64,000 nucleotides of DNA from NCBI GenBank assembly GCA_964016885.1, contig OZ024762.1:11470001-11534000 (forward strand), written 5' to 3'. This document shows positions 58,215 through 64,000 of the stretch, piece after piece; position 1 is the stretch's first letter, and each line of letters opens with the position of its first letter. The position numbers were made by a program, and so were the translations under genes. The notes under the pieces were generated by a model, which was not told the DNA's origin, did not search any database, and was given only the letters and a program-made list of their open reading frames with translations. This stretch comes from Eledone cirrhosa. Lineage: Eukaryota.

Positions 58215-59046
58215 ATCATCATCGTTTAATGTCCATCTTCCACGCTAACATGGGTTAGACGGTTTTGTCCCACTTGAGGCAAGATTGGTCAGGAGACCGT
58301 GTCTTGCTCGTACAGAACTGTTTCTGGCAGGTTTTCTACGGCTGGATAACCCTTCCTAAGAACAACCACATTTACAGTGTGGACTGGGAGCCTTTTTACC
58401 GTGTCTCCTACATGACCACTTTACACTGTGGACTGGGAGCCTTTTTACTGTGTCTCCTACATGACCACTTTACAGTGTGGACTGGGAGCCTCTTTACCGT
58501 GTCTCCTACATGACCACTTTACAGTGTGGACTGGGAGCCTTTTTACTGGGTCTCCTACGTGACCACTTTACAGTGTGAACTGGGAGCCTTTTTACTGTGT
58601 CTCCTACGTGACCACTTTACAGTGTGAACTGGGAGCCTTTTTACTGTGTCTCCTACATGACCACTTTACAGTGTGGACTGGGAGCCTCTTTACCGTGTCT
58701 CCTACATGACCACTTTACAGTGTGGACTGGGAGCCTTTTTACTGTGTCTCCTACATGACCACTTTACAGTGTGGACTGGGAGCCTCTTTACTGTGTCTCC
58801 TACATGACCACTTTACAGTGTGGACTGGGAGCCTCTTTACTGTGTCTCCTACATGACCACTTTACAGTGTGGACTGGGAGCCTCTTTACTGTGTCTCCTA
58901 CATGACCACTTTACAGTGGGGTGTATATTGGGTTAAGAGGAGCCTACTGACTGTAAGGTTTAAGTTTGTATGCATGGGAAGGCGGGTCTTCTGTATAACT
59001 GCATAGCGACAAAATCTCGATCCAGTGACATTATCTTAGAGAGGTG
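58215..59046 (-). mobile_element. RTE 3' end with an internal 49-bp tandem expansion (about 11 copies, 58366-58918)
   Basis: Unit accactttacagtgtggactgggagcctttttactgtgtctcctacatg within the RTE UTR. Confidence 0.85.
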
Positions 59047-59605
59047 TATATATATGTGTGTGTGTTATAGATGCCCCTACATAAATGTAAACATTGCTTT
59101 ATTCTGAGGAACTGACTTACCATGATGATACAAAATATTAGAAATTGAGTTCTCTGATAAATCCTATTGGACTAGCATTTCTAGATCTTGTACACTTGTA
59201 GACTGGTGGAACACATGTCAATTATATAATAAATGTTAATCCTTTAACTGTGGTGTTGTCATATTTATGTTAAATTATTATATTATATATAGATTCTGGG
59301 GCCATCTCCGAATCAGATATTTTCTCTGTTTGTGTTTTCCGTAATTCCTTTTAGTGCTTAACTAATTATGCAATCTGTACCTGATGATGTTGCCAGGGTC
59401 TTATGAAACAAGCCATTGAAATATATATAGTGTTTTTTTTTGCAACTTTAAGACTTTAAAGGGATATTTTCAGACAGGCCTTCTGCTGTTTTAAATTCAA
59501 GTTTTCCAAGAGATGGCAACATGAATGGACCTTTTATTTTTCTCTAAAAAATTATTTTCTGTTTCCGCCCTGCCTGTCTCCTTCATCTTTCTATTTCTTA
59601 CTCTA

Positions 59606-59641
59606 TTTTCTGATGAAGGACTAGTGTCTGAAACGTTAAGA
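59606..59641 (+). ncRNA. Minimal (Penelope-type) hammerhead motif, tandem unit 1
   Basis: TTTT-CTGATGA-AGGAC-TAGT-GTCT-GAAAC-GTT-AAGA, with palindromic AACGTT stem III. Confidence 0.6.
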
Positions 59642-59846
59642 CTTTTTTTCTACTATATCAAGCGTAAAACTAATGATATCTTTCTTCATTGTACTGTGTT
59701 TGCTTTGTTATTTCTGTTTGCCTTTTGCATGTATATATATATTGCAAGAGATGTCAACATGAATGGACCTGCAATTTTTATCTAAAGACATTTTTTTTCC
59801 AATTCCAACCCGCCCATCCACTCAATCTATCTTATTTCTCATTCTT

Positions 59847-59882
59847 TCTTCTGATGAAGGACTAGTGTCAGAAACGTTAAGA
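59847..59882 (+). ncRNA. Minimal (Penelope-type) hammerhead motif, tandem unit 2
   Basis: TCTT-CTGATGA-AGGAC-TAGT-GTCA-GAAAC-GTT-AAGA; stem I TCTT/AAGA; 241 bp downstream of the first copy. Confidence 0.6.
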
Positions 59883-60028
59883 CCCTCTTCCTGCTATATC
59901 AAGCGTTAAGCTAATATATCCCTTCCATATACTGTACCGATTGTGTTGTTATTTCTGTTTACCTTTTACACACATATATATGATTTTCATAAATACTATT
60001 ATAATTCTAAATATTTCTGTCTAACCAG

Positions 60029-60106
60029 GTTGAAATGTGGTGTCCAAGTAAGAGCTGGAGAGGAAACTTAACAGAAAGCCATCGTCACAAAATGTCCACA
60101 GTTTAT
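60029..60106 (+). CDS. MGAT5: MGAT5 coding exon 6
   Basis: ctaaccag|VEMWCPSKSWRGNLTESHRHKMSTVY|gtaaat. Matches VENWCP..PWR. 78 nt, phase 0 to 0; an alternative in-frame donor 6 nt upstream is possible. Confidence 0.88.
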
Positions 60107-60321
60107 GTAAATAACAACAATTTATCTTTTTCGCTATCTTAAATATACATTATCCCTTCTTCTCCTCTTTCTTCTTCTTCTTCTTTTTCTTCTTCGCCTA
60201 CTTTCTGGGAGGTGTGTTGTGGGGGCAGAGTCCTCAAACACTCCTTCCAGCAGGTCCCGTCAGAAGCAACTGTCTCTATCTGATCTAGCTGGATCCCCAA
60301 GCGAGACCAGCCGAGCTCATT

Positions 60322-60920
60322 GTAAAGCCTTTACCATGAAAATATATTAGTAAATATAGAGTAATATAAATGCTAAAGGGTTACAGTATTGTTCTCAACA
60401 TAAATAATATCAAAATCTCACACATTTGATATTATGTGAGATAATTATATGAGATAAAGCCTTTACCGTGAAAATACAATAGTAAATATAGAGTAATGTA
60501 AATACTAAAGGGTTACAGTATTGTTCTCAACATAAATAATATCAAAATCTCACACATTTGATATTATGTGAGATAATTATATGAGATAAAGCCTTTACCG
60601 TGAAAATACAATAGTAAATATAGAGTAATGTAAATGCTAAAGGGTTACAGTATTGTTCTCAACATAAATAATATCAAAATCTCACACATTTGATATTATG
60701 TGAGATAATTATATGAGATAAAGCCTTTACCGTGAAAATACAATAGTAAATATAGAGTAATGTAAATGCTAAAGGGTTACAGTATTGTTCTCAACATAAA
60801 TAATATCAAAATCTCACACATTTGATATTATGTGAGATAATTATATGAGATAAAGCCTTTACCGTGAAAATACAATAGTAAATATAGAGTAATGTAAATG
60901 CTAAAGTATTGTTCTCAACA
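60322..60920. repeat. 132-bp tandem, about 4.5 copies, made from the right half of the piggyBac-like MITE
   Basis: aaagggttacag recurs at 60375, 60507, 60639 and 60771. Confidence 0.9.
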
Positions 60921-61273
60921 TCAATAATTGTTTCTACTTTTGGCACAAGGCCAGCAATTAGCCAGTACATTACTGGTACTTTATTTTATCAACCCCATAA
61001 GGATGAAAGGCAATGTTAACCTCGACGGGATTTGAACTCAAAATTGTCTCATCTCTTTCTGTTCAAACCGGCTGTAACTGGCTGCACATACTGATGTTAA
61101 GGTGTTGTTCTCAACATAAATAATATCAAAATCTCATATATTCAATATTATGTGAGGTAAAGCCTTTACCATGAAAATACAATAGTAAATATAGAGTAAT
61201 GTAAATAGTAAGGGGTTAATCCCATCAACCTTATGCTGTGTTTTATTTTCATTCTTTTTTTTTTTTTTCCTAG

Positions 61274-61444
61274 GCTAATGTGACCACGGATATTGAACAG
61301 TTGATGAGTCTATTGGTTGATCCGAATGAGAGACAGGGATATGCTTTTATTCGTATGAGGATCCACCGGATGTGGTCAAAATGGGTAGAAGCCATAAAGT
61401 CCCTCCTCAAGAAACAAGACCTTAATAAAAGACCTAAAAAACGT
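61274..61444 (+). CDS. MGAT5: MGAT5 coding exon 7
   Basis: (t)n-cctag|ANVTTDIEQLM...FIRMRIHRMWSKWVEAIKSLLKKQDLNKRPKKR|gtaagt. Matches MRLRIRRMADAWIQAIKSLAEKQNLEKRKRKK. 171 nt. Confidence 0.95.
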
Positions 61445-61623
61445 GTAAGTAGACTCAACTATAATGATACACTATGTATGTTTGTATATTTATACATATA
61501 TCTGTCTGTAACTCTGGAAATTTTACATGCACCTACACACAATTCATTTCCTATTGGTCGGGTTCTTCTTCAAATTGAACAGATTTTCACTGTGAATTTC
61601 ACATTTTAGTTCTTTCTTTACAG

Positions 61624-61690
61624 GTTTTAATACACTTGGGTCTTCTCACGAAACAGACGGGATGGAAATTTGCAGAGATGCAGTTTAAAG
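61624..61690 (+). CDS. MGAT5: MGAT5 coding exon 8
   Basis: ttacag|VLIHLGLLTKQTGWKFAEMQFK(G)|gtaagg. Matches VLVHLGLLTKESGFKIAE. 67 nt, phase 0 to 1. Confidence 0.95.
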
Positions 61691-61999
61691 GTAAGGCCTT
61701 CTGAAACATTACCAAAATTTCTTGTTTGTAAGGTACTTAACCTTTTCATGGCCATATTTTTAATAAAGGACACTGTCTTTCCTTACCATATTTCTAATGA
61801 AAGACACTGTCTATGCCATTAACCCTTTCATTACCATATTTCTAATGAAAGACACTGTCTATGTCATTAACCCATTCATTACCATATTTCTAATGAAAGA
61901 CATTGTCTATGTCATTAACCCTTTCATTACCATATTTTTAATGAAAGACACTACCTATGTTTAACCCGTCAACTATTGACTTTGAAAACTCCGTTTCAG

Positions 62000-62102
62000 G
62001 TGGTCCACTTGGGGAACTTGTTCAATGGAGTGATCTGATTTCCAGTTTGTATTTACTTGGACACAACATCACAATTACGAGTGAAATGGAACAGTTGACC
62101 GG
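62000..62102 (+). CDS. MGAT5: MGAT5 coding exon 9 (GT18 motif GGPLGELVQWSDLI)
   Basis: tttcag|(G)GPLGELVQWSDLISSLYLLGHNITITSEMEQLT(G)|gttagt. Hallmark GT18 motif. 103 nt, phase 1 to 2. Confidence 0.96.
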
Positions 62103-62124
62103 GTTAGTGCACTTCTTCTTTTTC

Positions 62125-62460
62125 TTCGTCCACTTATTCCAGAGAGTGTCGTAGGGACAGAGTCCTCAAACACTCCTTCCAGTGGGTCCTGTCAGAAGCA
62201 ACTGTCTCCAACTAATCTGGCTGCATCCCTAAGCAAGACCAGCCAAGCTCATAGATGTTATCCAACCATCCTGCTCAGGGTATACCCCTGGGTCTCTTTT
62301 TCGGTTGGTTTCGCCCGTAAAATCTGTCCAGTGATTCTTTCCTGAGACATTCTAACCACATGTCCATAATATCGGAGCTGTGATCTCTCACTTTGGAGAA
62401 AATAGCAGCTCTTCCATGGAGTGACTCTCTGATCTCTGAGCTACTATAGTGTAACATGAT
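62125..62460 (-). mobile_element. Decayed LINE 3' end (related pieces at 14135-14255 and 60200-60320)
   Basis: Minus-strand WLECLRKE..KKRPRGIP, a degenerate RPRGRP motif; nucleotide blocks shared among the three loci. Confidence 0.55.
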
Positions 62461-62577
62461 CCTTTAAATATTGCGGGGGGGCGGGGGTCCTTGACTATAG
62501 GACAGCTCGCCACTCCCCACCACTCAATCTGTTACTACCACCAACAACAAACATATTTCATTCTTTCATTGGTTTAG

Positions 62578-62712
62578 GATCCTTTCGAAACTGCCGTCTG
62601 TGCTGTCACCATGCCAAGCAAGGAAAGACCTACCTGTTGACATGATTTACACTGACCTTGTTGGTTTACGTCAATTCAAGAAACATGTTAAAGGAGGATA
62701 TGGGAAATTCAG
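62578..62712 (+). CDS. MGAT5: MGAT5 coding exon 10 (gene continues beyond the window)
   Basis: ggtttag|ILSKLPSVLSPCQARKDLPVDMIYTDLVGLRQFKKHVKGGYGKF|gtgagt. Matches LIYIDIVGLAQFKK. 135 nt, phase 2 to 2. Confidence 0.94.
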
Positions 62713-63349
62713 GTGAGTTCCACTTCAGCATCACAACTTAATAATAATAATAATTGTTTCTACTTTTTGGCACAAGGCCAGTAATTAATCAGTGTATTAC
62801 TGGTACTTTATTTTATCGACCCCGTAAGGATGAAAGGCAAAGTCAACTTCGGCGGGATTTGAACTCGGATCGTAAAGGGACGTAACTATGCTGGAAAGCA
62901 TGGCGTCCGACCCTCTACCGATACTGCCAATCCACCTGCCAATAATAATGAAAATGATTGTGTACAGTGCTCATAACCTGGCAATTATTCACTAATGAAC
63001 TTTTGTTAGTAAAGAAATATTTTCTGTCTTCAGAAGACCAACACGATTTCTCTCCCTTAGATTGTTACTCTGAATTCCTTGAAAAAGTTACGTCACAACA
63101 CCAAGTCTGTATTAGGTCGCTCTACCAGCTAAAACTACATAGAATAAAGTAAATAAATGAATAAAATCCGACTAAGTAACAACCAAAATTACATTCTCAA
63201 CTCTATTATAAGACATTGTTACTGAAAGACAATAAAAGAAAATGTTAAACTTCGTGTAAACCATGCAAACATTCTCTGCTCTCTCAGCAGACGATAGTTA
63301 CCTCCTTTCCAACACTCGCTCTCTCTTTTTCTCGCTCACCCCCACTCTT

Positions 63350-63400
<51 letters not shown>

Positions 63401-63546
63401 ACACCCAGTCTATTTATTTTCAACTGTTTCTCTCTAACTGTCTATCTCTCTCTCCCTCTCTCTCTCCCCCCCTCTCTCTCTCTCGCTCTCTCTCTCATAT
63501 ATATTTATATATATATTAATAAACACCTAGTCTATTTATTTTCAAC

Positions 63547-63643
<97 letters not shown>

Positions 63644-64000
63644 TTTCTGAAGCATGTAACAATCTACCTGCATCAGTTATCAGCTGCCGGGACAGTGCGT
63701 CCTTCAAAACTTCCATTCCATGCTTCCTGAAATTCACCAACACTACACCTGATATTCCCCCTCCACACACACACACGCGCGCACATGTGTGTGTGGGTGC
63801 ATGTATTTATGTGTTTATCATGACTCATACACTGTTCGCTTTCCTAACATTTGTACATTACTCTATGTACAATACGGCGGATTGGCAGTAGAGTCGGTAG
63901 AGAGTCGGACGCCATCCTTTCCAGCATAGAGTTACGTCCCTTTACTGACTGAGTTCAAATCCTGCCGAGGTTAACTTTGCCTTTCATCCTTACGGGGTCG

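Noticed and set aside
63034-63152. Next MGAT5 exon after the acceptor-like AGs at about 63033 and 63060
   Set aside because: The expected CxLRVLDSFGTE motif is absent, and the required phase after 63060 hits a stop; the exon must lie beyond the window.

Overview
AT-rich, repeat-saturated animal genomic DNA. The SINE, RTE and microsatellite landscape suggests a coleoid cephalopod (octopod-like); this is inference, not a database result. The one recognisable host gene is a + strand MGAT5 / GnT-V (GT18 alpha-1,6-mannosylglycoprotein 6-beta-N-acetylglucosaminyltransferase). I traced 10 phase-compatible GT-AG coding exons (46568-62712, 1139 nt, about 379 aa); the gene continues past the window, and a candidate promoter and non-coding first exon lies near 18.3-18.5 kb. 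Nearly all long ORFs in the track are translated microsatellites. Mobile DNA includes two tRNA-derived SINE families, RTE and CR1-type LINE ends, a GC-rich CRE-like endonuclease fragment, a 2.57-kb Buster-type hAT element with TIRs and TSD, TTAA piggyBac-like MITEs that seed satellites, and small hAT, mariner and Helitron-like elements. The most striking unannotated signal is a dispersed set of type I hammerhead ribozyme motifs: 6 with intact cores, 1 mirrored copy and 4 weaker or degenerate ones. Several sit in long inverted repeats or tandem units, as in Penelope-like/retrozyme elements, and several are in sense orientation inside the MGAT5 region. All structures were read by eye and need computational confirmation.
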